A stretch of DNA of 46,701 nt, from assembly GCA_043820265.1 (NCBI GenBank), contig JBDREA010000117.1, positions 1 through 46,701 on the forward strand. The letters run 5' to 3'. Both the position numbers and the translations under genes were made by a program. Below the pieces are notes generated by a model. The model worked only from the letters and a program-made list of their open reading frames with translations, ran no database searches and was not told the DNA's origin. The first letter of the stretch is position 1. The number at the start of each line of letters is the position of its first letter. Positions 26,255 through 34,464 of this stretch are shown in pieces. This DNA is from Candidatus Altiarchaeota archaeon (lineage in GTDB: Archaea; Altiarchaeota; Altiarchaeia; IMC4; JBDREA01).

Positions 26255-26309
26255 AACTACAGCGGCAAACTCGGACGACACCCTCATACAACTCAAAGAA
26301 CTCATATAA
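26255..26309 (+). pseudogene. Remnant copy A of the ftr 3' end (encodes NYSGKLGRH, then a +1 nt shift, then LIQLKELI-stop)
   Basis: Aligns to ftr 25579-25632 (NYGGKLGRHHIQLKDLA-stop) with substitutions and one extra C at 26282. Positions 26267-26303 are identical to 28539-28575. Confidence 0.75.
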
Positions 26310-26372
26310 TAGAAAACAATCCCTCTTCTATTTCTCGGCTTCCCCCTGTTTCAATAACCTGCCCCCACATTT

Positions 26373-27083
26373 TTAACACGCGCTTTCTCGAACAAGTTTG
26401 TATATTTTACCTTCAGAGAATACTAGTTCGGTTGGGAAGCACTTGAGACTTCTTCTTCCAATTTCATCACTGCAGGGGATGGTGTGTATTATGGCTCCCC
26501 TTGGAAGAAGTATTCCCTTAACCCCAAATACATTTTTCTGATTTCTACTCTTCAGGAAAAATAAGTGTACTTCATATGTCTCCTCGCCTTTATTTGTTAA
26601 TGATTCTACTTTTTCGATTGTGAAATTGTTTTGGATATTCACCATATAGGTGTCTACTGGTTTGAGTTCTTCAGCTGTAAGGGGTGCCCCAGAAGCATAT
26701 TTCACATATATGGGGTCAAAATAGGTATGATACTTTCCATACAATGAATCTGGGTCATCAAATAAATCTTCTGAGGATTCCACTGTGTTATTCATGAGTA
26801 AACTCTTTGCAGTATCCACCGGTGAAACAATAGTGTCTCTAATCCAATTCTTTACAACTCGCTGCACCTCATCTTCTGACCCTAATGGAAGCGCATAAGT
26901 ACCAACTTCAACCTTTTCGTCAAATACATCGCATGCTGGCACTCCGCCTACCTTTAAAGCATCTTCTCTTCTTTTCTCTACTGCCAGGGGATGCAAGACG
27001 TAAACATAAAAAACAACGATGAGAGCAATTCCAAGTACCCCAACTACCAAAAAATGTCTTTTGTCCACAAAAATTCCCCCCAT
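26373..27083 (-). CDS. Hypothetical membrane-anchored protein (236 aa, N-terminal TM helix)
   Basis: ATG start, TM segment FLVVGVLGIALIVVFYVYVL, no recognisable family. Confidence 0.55.
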   Translation of the reverse strand: MGGIFVDKRHFLVVGVLGIALIVVFYVYVLHPLAVEKRREDALKVGGVPACDVFDEKVEVGTYALPLGSEDEVQRVVKNWIRDTIVSPVDTAKSLLMNNTVESSEDLFDDPDSLYGKYHTYFDPIYVKYASGAPLTAEELKPVDTYMVNIQNNFTIEKVESLTNKGEETYEVHLFFLKSRNQKNVFGVKGILLPRGAIIHTIPCSDEIGRRSLKCFPTELVFSEGKIYKLVRESAC

Positions 27084-27183
27084 TTCATAGTAACCGATTA
27101 GGATTATCCTTTATAATTTTTGAGGAACGTTAGGTCTACTGTTAACTGGTCCCATGGGGGTTATTCTTCGATGACTGTGGAAA

Positions 27184-28401
27184 TTATTTTTTGAGGTTGG
27201 GTATGAATTTTGCGAAGGGGGTGTAGTAGGTGTTTTCTTTTTGTTTTTCGAATTCGAGTGAGAGGACGTATCCTTTTGGGGGTTTGTATTTTTCCCTGAA
27301 GCTGTGGTAGGAGCGTGTGAGTTTTTCGGATTTGAGGGCGGATTTTAATTCGACGGGTATGGGTTTTCCGTTGTCTTCGAGTATGAAGTCGACTTCGGCC
27401 TGCGACTTTGTGCGCCAGTATCGGGGGGTTACCCGGTTTTTTAGTAGTTCGGAGTAGATGAAGTTTTCGTAGAGGGCTCCGCGGTCGGTTCTCTCCTGCG
27501 AAAAGTTGTCGATGCATGTGTTTCTGAATCCTGTGTCGGTGAAGTAGATCTTGGGGGATTTGACGAGTTCTTTTCGTTTGTTGGTGTAGTAGGGGGTGAC
27601 TGGCTTGCAGATGTAGGTTTTGTCGAGGACGTTGAGGTGTTTTTTGAGGTCTGCGTAGGAGAGGCCTGTCGTCTCCGAGAGGCTGGCGTACTCGAGGGTT
27701 TGTCCTATCTGAAGCGAGAGTGTTTTGAGGAGTGTTGTAAGTTTGTAGTCTTCGCTTAAATCGAGGAGTTCTCTGATCTCCCGAAGGAGGAGGGTGTCGT
27801 AGATGTTTTCGAGGATGATTTTCTTTTCGTCTTCGTCTTTTTCGGTTACGACCCTGGGGAAGCCGCCGTACAAGATGAATTCGTGTAGGTGGTTGTTGAG
27901 TGTCGTCAATATCTCGGTTTTATAGGTTGCCCTGTCGTAGAGGGGGACAAGTCGCGGTTCTTTTGCCCGGAGGAATTCGCGGAAGCTGAAGGGGTAGAGT
28001 TCGAGTATGACGATGCGTCCAACGAGGTATTTGAGGCTCTGCACGGATATGTCTGCGGCTGAGGAGCCCGAGATGAAGACCTTAACGGGTTGGGTGTCGT
28101 GGAGGTATTTCAGCTTTTTGCCGCCTTCCTTTGAGTAGTGGACCTCGTCTATGAACAAAAAGTCGTAGTCCGCCGCGTACAATTCGATGAATGAATCGAT
28201 GTCTTCTTCGAAGAGGCGGAGGACTTTGAGGTTGTCGAAGGATACGCGTGAGACCCGTAGGCCTTTAGCTTCTTGGTCGTCGAGTATTTTGTTGACGAGC
28301 GTGGTTTTGCCGCACTGCCTTACGCCGACGACGGCTATTATTTCTTTCTTGGCGAGGTACTTGGATATTTGGTCTTCAAGGTCCCTTTCAACATATTTCA
28401 T
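27184..28401 (-). CDS. AAA+ ATPase of the AAA_14 + DUF4143 type
   Basis: Walker A GVRQCGKTT, Walker B FLFIDEVHY, and a C-terminal block (YENFIYSEL...EVDFIL) typical of DUF4143 ATPases. Confidence 0.8.
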   Translation of the reverse strand: MKYVERDLEDQISKYLAKKEIIAVVGVRQCGKTTLVNKILDDQEAKGLRVSRVSFDNLKVLRLFEEDIDSFIELYAADYDFLFIDEVHYSKEGGKKLKYLHDTQPVKVFISGSSAADISVQSLKYLVGRIVILELYPFSFREFLRAKEPRLVPLYDRATYKTEILTTLNNHLHEFILYGGFPRVVTEKDEDEKKIILENIYDTLLLREIRELLDLSEDYKLTTLLKTLSLQIGQTLEYASLSETTGLSYADLKKHLNVLDKTYICKPVTPYYTNKRKELVKSPKIYFTDTGFRNTCIDNFSQERTDRGALYENFIYSELLKNRVTPRYWRTKSQAEVDFILEDNGKPIPVELKSALKSEKLTRSYHSFREKYKPPKGYVLSLEFEKQKENTYYTPFAKFIPNLKK

Positions 28402-28404
28402 GTT

Positions 28405-28456
28405 AATAATAACCCAGCCATTATTTAAAAATTATTTGAAATGGCAGGGTTATTAT
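28405..28456. repeat. 17-bp inverted repeat (one mismatch), AATAATAACCCAGCCATT ... AATGGCAGGGTTATTAT, immediately upstream of the ATPase start
   Basis: Read directly. Candidate operator or element-end structure. Confidence 0.6.
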
Positions 28457-28532
28457 GAACTTACTCTCTTGTCGGCTTCGCATTCGAGTCAGGCGCCAAA
28501 TTCCTCGACACCCCTCTTCGTCGGCACGTTTA

Positions 28533-28587
28533 AACGGAAAACTCGGACGACACCCTCATACAACTCAAAGAACTCTTTTACAAGTGA
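28533..28587 (+). pseudogene. Remnant copy B of the ftr 3' end (NGKLGRH, then a +1 nt shift, then LIQLKELFYK-stop)
   Basis: Has the same 37-nt core and the same extra C (28554) as copy A. It diverges from A on both flanks. Confidence 0.75.
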
Positions 28588-28599
28588 GAATCTCAAGAA

Positions 28600-29172
28600 T
28601 CAAACCCAGAGAAGAGGGGATAACGCAACGAACCCTAAGAAAAATTCCCCTATCAATCCACAGATAATGGAAAAATAGAGAGCAAAGATATAATCCAATA
28701 TCTTCTTTTTCCCCACCATCGTACTGAAACCCACTCTCAAAAATCCCCCATATAGGAGAAAGAGGAACCAATACAAGAGAACCTTGTATTCTGAGAACTG
28801 GATATAATGGAAAGGAGAGATTATTGCATGGATTGAGAATATCAAAAGGAGTGCAGGAAGAGAAAAACAGAGCATATTGAAGACCTTATTGAAGCCATAC
28901 ATTCCAGCTGTGAAAATGTGTGCTAAAACAGATGCAAGGAGAATCCAAGCAATAATCGGAATTAGAAACATGATCCCAAAACTTATCCCTAATATGATTG
29001 CGTAGTCGATTACTCTTGAGTCCTCTTCGATTGCAGGGGAAAAAATGATCAAGTAGATAATGGAGAGAAGTGCAATACCAGTCACAAGAGATAGAAGGAT
29101 ACAAAGTATAGGGGATACATATCCTTTTTGAGGAACTTGAGAATAATAGGCTGTTAATGGTGATCGGATCAT
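28600..29172 (-). CDS. Polytopic membrane protein (190 aa), family unknown
   Basis: About five hydrophobic helices and an ATG start. It lies 18 nt downstream of the radical SAM gene on the same strand. Confidence 0.6.
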   Translation of the reverse strand: MIRSPLTAYYSQVPQKGYVSPILCILLSLVTGIALLSIIYLIIFSPAIEEDSRVIDYAIILGISFGIMFLIPIIAWILLASVLAHIFTAGMYGFNKVFNMLCFSLPALLLIFSIHAIISPFHYIQFSEYKVLLYWFLFLLYGGFLRVGFSTMVGKKKILDYIFALYFSIICGLIGEFFLGFVALSPLLWV

Positions 29173-29190
29173 TGTTAAAGATTATTCTTT

Positions 29191-30378
29191 TTATAATAAT
29201 TGCAGATCCACTGTCAGCTGGTCCCAGGTTGGGTATTCTTCGACGATTGTTGGTGTTAGTCCTTTTTCCTTCAACTCTTTTTCTAGTTCTTCGACGACTT
29301 GGATGCTTGTTAGTATTCTAAGTTTTTTTTCGTCTACGAAAAGGAGTTCTGGAGGGATGTCGTATTCTCTTTGTAGGAGGGTTTTGTTTTTTTGGAGTAT
29401 TTGGAGGAGTTGTTTCTTTTTTTGAGGAGTTAGTTTTTCGATTTTTTCGTTGAAGCCAAATGAGGGTTTGAGTTCCTCCAGATAGATTGCTCCGCGAATT
29501 AGTAATCCTTCCTTTGTGATTACATCGAATTCTTTCGACACATTTTTCGCTGCCCTCTTTAACCTGTTGCCGACCTGGAACCGATCCTTTAGAGTTACTG
29601 TGCAGTAGTGGACTCGGAGGTTTGTTTCTTTTGCGCAGAATTTTAGGAGGTCGTTGGCTGCTTTTTCAACTCCCAGAATCGAAAACGAAAGGTCGTCTCT
29701 TGTTTTGTAGCCTTTGCGTTCAACAGCGGTTACGTTTGTATAGGATGTCTCGAATTCGTTGAGGTTTAGAAAATCAACTCCGATTTCATCAAGATATCTG
29801 ATAAAATCCTTTGTCTTCTCGATTTCTTTTGGGAGAACCGGTATCTCTGCGCCGACGCTCCAGTCAAATTCCAATGCTTTTTTTATTTTATCCCAATCCT
29901 TTTTCGCTGGATGGAATCTTATTTCATCTAAGCCTGCTTTATAGAGCTGTCTGAGATTTTGAGGAGTGGCCCCTCTTCCTGATGTGTATAGGTGAATGTG
30001 GAAGCCGTCGCCGAATTCGTTTTTTAGGAGCTTGAGATAGGATATCGTTCGGTTGATTTTTACCAGGGGATCGCCGCCGGTGAATCCCGCTCCAGTGGCA
30101 CTGATAAGCTTTGCCTCTTCAACTATCTCATTTCGTTTACGGGTGGGGCGTTCATTAGCATATACGACATCCTTGTTTTTCTTTTTTTCAGACAGGGGAC
30201 AATACCAGCATCTTCGAGGGCACAAACCGGTTACGAACAAAACCAATTTTTCGCCTTTGACGCAACGACGGCAACCTTCTGGCAGTTTCCCTATCCTTTT
30301 TGATGAATACTGTGTATCAACGATTTTTCTCATACGAGGTAGGCATAGGAATTCTTTACTAAATATAACTTCATTCAC
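29191..30378 (-). CDS. Radical SAM protein, COG2108-like (related to pyruvate formate-lyase activating enzymes)
   Basis: CVKGEKLVLFVTGLCPRRCWYCPLS contains CxxxCxxC. GTG start overlapping the upstream stop (GTGA); an alternative ATG is at 30333. Confidence 0.75.
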   Translation of the reverse strand: MNEVIFSKEFLCLPRMRKIVDTQYSSKRIGKLPEGCRRCVKGEKLVLFVTGLCPRRCWYCPLSEKKKNKDVVYANERPTRKRNEIVEEAKLISATGAGFTGGDPLVKINRTISYLKLLKNEFGDGFHIHLYTSGRGATPQNLRQLYKAGLDEIRFHPAKKDWDKIKKALEFDWSVGAEIPVLPKEIEKTKDFIRYLDEIGVDFLNLNEFETSYTNVTAVERKGYKTRDDLSFSILGVEKAANDLLKFCAKETNLRVHYCTVTLKDRFQVGNRLKRAAKNVSKEFDVITKEGLLIRGAIYLEELKPSFGFNEKIEKLTPQKKKQLLQILQKNKTLLQREYDIPPELLFVDEKKLRILTSIQVVEELEKELKEKGLTPTIVEEYPTWDQLTVDLQLL

Positions 30379-31436
30379 TCCTTTTTCCTGAGAAACAGAG
30401 CTGCAAGGGACGCAACAAGTAAAAGCAGGAATACTACACCTGCTTTTTCCAGTATTCCCTTTCCATTTGTTTTCGGGACTGCGACTGCTTTTCCGGTAAG
30501 GTCATCTGCTACGGACTGGATTAGCTGACTTTTTGGATTTAAGCTCGAGGTTGATGAACTTGTGGAAGAGGAAGTGATGGAGGAGGTGGTTGAAGACGAC
30601 GTAGCTACTGTAGAGGTAGGGATTGCTGAGGTGCTGGCTTTAATGGTCGATGTTATTTGAGGAACAGATGTTGTGGTTACAGTTGATGTGGTTGAAGGGG
30701 AGACAATTAGGTCCAAATATTTGTGAGGGTATCCAGTTGCTGTTACTTGGATCTTGTAGTTTCCGGCTGAGGATAGTGTGAATTTTGTTTTTCCATCATC
30801 TCCTGTTTCTCCTTCAACGATCTTTCGTCCTCCATCAGAGAGCACCCTTACGTTTGCTTTTTTGATTTCCGTATTGACGGTTATCTCCTGTTCGACTAGT
30901 GGATTAACTGGTTCAAAGAAAACGTTTAGTTTTTTATGTTCGCGGTCTCTTCTTTTTTTGCAGATTTCCCGAAACGATCCGTACTCAGGGAGTTGGTCGT
31001 ATGTTCCCCAGCGCAAGCCGAATACGTCTCCCTCGGCGATGCAGTAGTGACCGTCGAATGAGTTTTGATCCCGATTCCAGCATTCAGATCCCGCATCGAA
31101 TCCGACGGGAAGGTAGTCCCAACTTGTTTCCCCGTCTTCTGCCAGATAGATCCCCCAATACTCTTCGCCTCCGCAAAAGCAGTTATCAGATGGACAACCT
31201 GTTCCTTCGATTCCGCAAAGTCCGTGGCCCCATTGACTTGGGGGACTCCAGACGATGCCCAAACCGGTAGCTTCGAGGAGGTCGTATCCGTCAGATCCCT
31301 CTGCTAGATCCAAGCATTTCATGAACGTTTCTTGGTTTGGGAAGTCGATTATTACGCCGACTTTTATGGCTTGTGCGAGACCTGTGAAAATTAGTATCAG
31401 GATTCCTGTTATGACCCATTTCATATTAGCTTGCAT
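30375..31436 (-). CDS. Secreted surface protein: Cys-rich N-terminal domain (possibly DUF4430/transcobalamin-like), PEGA-like domain, Ser/Thr linker, C-terminal TM anchor
   Basis: Signal peptide MKWVITGILILIFTGLAQA. PEGA-like VRVLSDGGRKIVEGETGDDGKTKFTLSSAGNYKIQVTATGY. S/T tract encoded at about 30541-30705. C-terminal VVFLLLLVASLAALFLRKKE. The start is set at internal ATG 31436 (or 31424), because the ORF-track start at 31547 would overlap ecfT. Confidence 0.7.
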   Translation of the reverse strand: MQANMKWVITGILILIFTGLAQAIKVGVIIDFPNQETFMKCLDLAEGSDGYDLLEATGLGIVWSPPSQWGHGLCGIEGTGCPSDNCFCGGEEYWGIYLAEDGETSWDYLPVGFDAGSECWNRDQNSFDGHYCIAEGDVFGLRWGTYDQLPEYGSFREICKKRRDREHKKLNVFFEPVNPLVEQEITVNTEIKKANVRVLSDGGRKIVEGETGDDGKTKFTLSSAGNYKIQVTATGYPHKYLDLIVSPSTTSTVTTTSVPQITSTIKASTSAIPTSTVATSSSTTSSITSSSTSSSTSSLNPKSQLIQSVADDLTGKAVAVPKTNGKGILEKAGVVFLLLLVASLAALFLRKKE

Positions 31437-31451
31437 TTCGTTTTCACCTGT

Positions 31452-31466
31452 TGGATATTTTATCCA
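31452..31466. promoter_or_regulatory. Palindrome TGGATATTTTATCCA (operator candidate 1)
   Basis: GGATA-N3-TATCC is perfectly symmetric. It lies between the TATA-like ATATAAAAAT (minus strand, 31471-31480) and the surface-protein gene start. Confidence 0.5.
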
Positions 31467-31501
31467 GGTAATTTTTATATACGTTCCCCTATATAAAGCT
31501 T

Positions 31502-31516
31502 TGGATAATTTATCCA
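31502..31516. promoter_or_regulatory. Palindrome TGGATAATTTATCCA (operator candidate 2)
   Basis: Same half-sites as candidate 1, exactly 50 bp away. It lies between the TATA-like CTATATAAAG (31489-31498) and the ecfT ATG (31526). Confidence 0.5.
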
Positions 31517-31525
31517 AGTGATTCC

Positions 31526-32365
31526 ATGGACAACAAAGCGCAAACAATCTTCTGGATTATCTGGATGCTCACCGCCATGAGCTTCAGCCTTCTCACATAT
31601 AATCCAATCTACCTCGCAGCCTCAACGATAGCGCTAATCATCCTATCCAAAAGATTGAATCTCCAAACAAAGAGATACTTCAAAACAGGAATCCTCCTAG
31701 GAATAATCCCCTTGATCGTTAACATCTTCTTCGTTCACAGAGGCGCCCACATACTAGTTGAGATTCCAAGATCCATCCCCCTAGTTGGAGGATCAGTTAC
31801 TTTTGAATCTCTCACCTTTGCAGCCATCTCGATCCTTCTACTGATGAATATGGTTTTGATTTTTGGGATCTTCTCAGTGAAGGTGCTGCCGGATTCGCTT
31901 ATCAGAGTTTTTCCCAGGTGGCTTTCATCCACAGCCATTGTTTTAGCCATCGGTTTGAAATTTATCCCAACAATTACATCAGACGCCCAAAACATCCTAG
32001 ACGCCCAGAGAAGCAGAGGACTGCAGATTAAACGTGGAGGAATCACAACAAGAGCGAAGAACCACATAGCAATTGCCTTGCCCTTACTCGCCAATTCTTT
32101 AAGTCGTTCTCATAGTCTGGCTGAATCAATGGAGGCAAGAGGTTACTCGTCTGTGCGATCAAGTTATAGCAAAAACAAATGGAACCAGGGTTTATTGCTT
32201 TCCTGTGGACTGCTCATCGTATCGACAAGCATTCTCTTAATTTTAAAATATCAGGGAGTTCTTGCGTACTGGCCTTATGATTCACTTGCTCCCCCCGAAA
32301 TATCTTTCCTATTTTTACTATCCACTCTTGGGATTCTTTGCCCTATCCCATTAAATGAAAAATGA
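31526..32365 (+). CDS. ecfT: ECF transporter transmembrane (T) component
   Basis: Polytopic, with the conserved Arg-containing coupling helices (DAQRSRGL, ESMEARGYS). ATGA overlap with the ATPase gene. Confidence 0.8.
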   Translation: MDNKAQTIFWIIWMLTAMSFSLLTYNPIYLAASTIALIILSKRLNLQTKRYFKTGILLGIIPLIVNIFFVHRGAHILVEIPRSIPLVGGSVTFESLTFAAISILLLMNMVLIFGIFSVKVLPDSLIRVFPRWLSSTAIVLAIGLKFIPTITSDAQNILDAQRSRGLQIKRGGITTRAKNHIAIALPLLANSLSRSHSLAESMEARGYSSVRSSYSKNKWNQGLLLSCGLLIVSTSILLILKYQGVLAYWPYDSLAPPEISFLFLLSTLGILCPIPLNEK

Positions 32366-33768
32366 ATAATGCCATCAATATCAAGGACTTGTCATTTCGC
32401 TATCCCCAATCTGAATCTTGGGCGTTAAAAGACATCAACTTAAATGTCAACTCTGGGGAAGTGATCCTTTTAACAGGGCCCTCCGCTTGTGGAAAAACAA
32501 CGCTTTTCAAATGTCTGAACGGATTAATTCCCCACTTATCTGGCGGTGAATTGAAGGGGAAGATAGAAGTTTCAGGGGAGGATCCTTCTAAAAAAAGAGT
32601 TGTAGACATGGCTCATAGTGTAGGCATGGTCTTTCAGGATCCAGAAAACCAGATAACTCAGACGACTGTTGAAAACGAGATAGCTTTCGGGCTAGAAAAT
32701 AGGAATCTTCCAGTTTATGAGATGGAAGAGAGAATAACTTCAGTGCTTGAAAAATTGGAGATATCATATCTTCGAGAAAGGAGAATTGATACCCTCTCAG
32801 GAGGAGAAAAACAAAAAGTTGTATTGGCTTCGACACTCGCGCTCAAACCGAAAATCCTTGCATTGGACGAACCAACATCGCAGCTCGATCCATGGGCAGC
32901 TGAAAACTTTCTTAATCTTATAAAAAGTTTGGCGAATAAAGAAAATTTAACGATTCTGATTTCCGAACATAGAATCGAGAGGATACTGGAATTTACCGAC
33001 CGAATTTTTGATCTGGGGAAAAATTCCTTTGTTGGAAAAAACATATTTGAAGAATATCCCATCGTTGATGATAAGTTAGTTACAGAAAACGTAACTAATC
33101 TTAAGGAGATAATATCAGTGAGAAATCTCAATTACAGTTATAACTCTTCATTAGTCCTAGATGACGTTTCCTTGAAGATCAATGAAGGAGAGTTCATCGC
33201 GATCACTGGCCCAAACGGAGCCGGGAAATCCACCCTAGTAAAACACTTTAACTGCCTTCTAAATCCCCCAAGTTCAACGATACATCTTCATGGGAGAGAC
33301 ATATCAGAAAATTGTGTTGAAGACATGGCATGCGAAGTTGGATTTGTAGGTCAAAACCCTAACGACTACTTATTTTCCGAATCCGTCAAGGAAGAGTTAC
33401 AATTCACGTTGGATAATCTTAAGCTGAAAGGAGACATCATAAAAACATTATCTTATCTGGGGATAGCAGACCTCATCGACAAGTACCCAAGAGACCTTTC
33501 CGGAGGTGAGAGACAGCGGGTTGCTTTGGCCTCGGTGCTTGTGGCAGATCCAAAGATCCTAGTATTCGACGAACCCACAAGAGGGCTGGATTGGAAAACG
33601 AAAGAAACATTCATAGAATACTTAAAGAATCAACAAAAACTGGGAAAAACAATCATCCTAGTCACCCACGATATCAGATTAATAAAACATTGCGCTGACA
33701 GAGTGATACATCTCTCAGGTGGCGATATAGAATTTGATGGCCCAATAAGTGAGTGGAAGGAGACCTAA
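32362..33768 (+). CDS. ecfA: Fused tandem ECF/ABC ATPase (EcfA1-EcfA2-like)
   Basis: Two ABC cassettes: Walker A GPSACGKTT and GPNGAGKST, signatures LSGGEKQKV and LSGGERQRV, Walker B ILALDEP and ILVFDEP. Confidence 0.9.
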   Translation: MNNAINIKDLSFRYPQSESWALKDINLNVNSGEVILLTGPSACGKTTLFKCLNGLIPHLSGGELKGKIEVSGEDPSKKRVVDMAHSVGMVFQDPENQITQTTVENEIAFGLENRNLPVYEMEERITSVLEKLEISYLRERRIDTLSGGEKQKVVLASTLALKPKILALDEPTSQLDPWAAENFLNLIKSLANKENLTILISEHRIERILEFTDRIFDLGKNSFVGKNIFEEYPIVDDKLVTENVTNLKEIISVRNLNYSYNSSLVLDDVSLKINEGEFIAITGPNGAGKSTLVKHFNCLLNPPSSTIHLHGRDISENCVEDMACEVGFVGQNPNDYLFSESVKEELQFTLDNLKLKGDIIKTLSYLGIADLIDKYPRDLSGGERQRVALASVLVADPKILVFDEPTRGLDWKTKETFIEYLKNQQKLGKTIILVTHDIRLIKHCADRVIHLSGGDIEFDGPISEWKET

Positions 33769-33774
33769 GTAAAA

Positions 33775-34464
33775 ATGATAAAAAAAGATTTTTTTATCCA
33801 TGGAATATTGAGTCTTTGCCTGGTTTTTGCAGTATCTCTTGCGTTCTCCTATAAAATTCCATGGCTTCTGACCTCTTTGATAATCGTTACCATTTTTCTT
33901 TTGATTTTCGTTTCAGAATTCGAAAAACAAAAAGTTGACACAAGAATCCTCACTTTACTTGGAATAATCACTGCGACTGCGGTTGTCTCAAGACAGATCA
34001 TGCACGCGATGGGAGAGGCTAGTCCTGTATTTTTTCTCGTAATAATCGCAGGTTACGTATTCGGTCCGCTCTTCGGATTTATGATTGGTTCATTAACGAT
34101 GTTTATTTCAAATTTCAGCTTAGGTCACGGTCCATGGACTCCTTTTCAGATGCTTGGCTTGGGTTTAGGGGGTTTATTCGCTGGATTACTTCCGAGATCA
34201 GAGCATATCCCAAATAAGGTAGTTCTTGCGCTCTACGGATTCGTTATCGGCTACGTCTATGGGGCGATAAACAACCTTTTCTACTGGCTGGCTTTCACTG
34301 CTGAGCATTCAATTGAGACCTTCATCGCAGTATCGGGGGCCAGTTTCGCACTAGACACATCAAGGGCAATATTTACCGCTCTCCTCTTGTTCTTTCTCAC
34401 AGATCCTATCGAGAAAATATTTCTTAGATACAAGAAACGGTTTGAACCCTCATCGAGAGATTAA
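33775..34464 (+). CDS. ECF transporter substrate-capture (S) component-like membrane protein; substrate unknown
   Basis: About six TM helices, about 229 aa, and a position directly after ecfT-ecfA. Confidence 0.6.
   Translation: MIKKDFFIHGILSLCLVFAVSLAFSYKIPWLLTSLIIVTIFLLIFVSEFEKQKVDTRILTLLGIITATAVVSRQIMHAMGEASPVFFLVIIAGYVFGPLFGFMIGSLTMFISNFSLGHGPWTPFQMLGLGLGGLFAGLLPRSEHIPNKVVLALYGFVIGYVYGAINNLFYWLAFTAEHSIETFIAVSGASFALDTSRAIFTALLLFFLTDPIEKIFLRYKKRFEPSSRD

Noticed and set aside
27161-27517. 118-aa Arg/Lys-rich ORF overlapping the 3' part of the DUF4143 ATPase gene
   Set aside because: It is an alternative frame of a confidently called gene and is compositionally biased.
28187-28678. 163-aa plus-strand ORF (and 26140..26376) containing the shared peptide RTTPSYNSKNS
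   Set aside because: The shared peptide is just the out-of-frame translation of the duplicated ftr-end remnant. These ORFs run antisense to, or across, real genes and intergenic DNA. They helped spot the repeat but are not genes.
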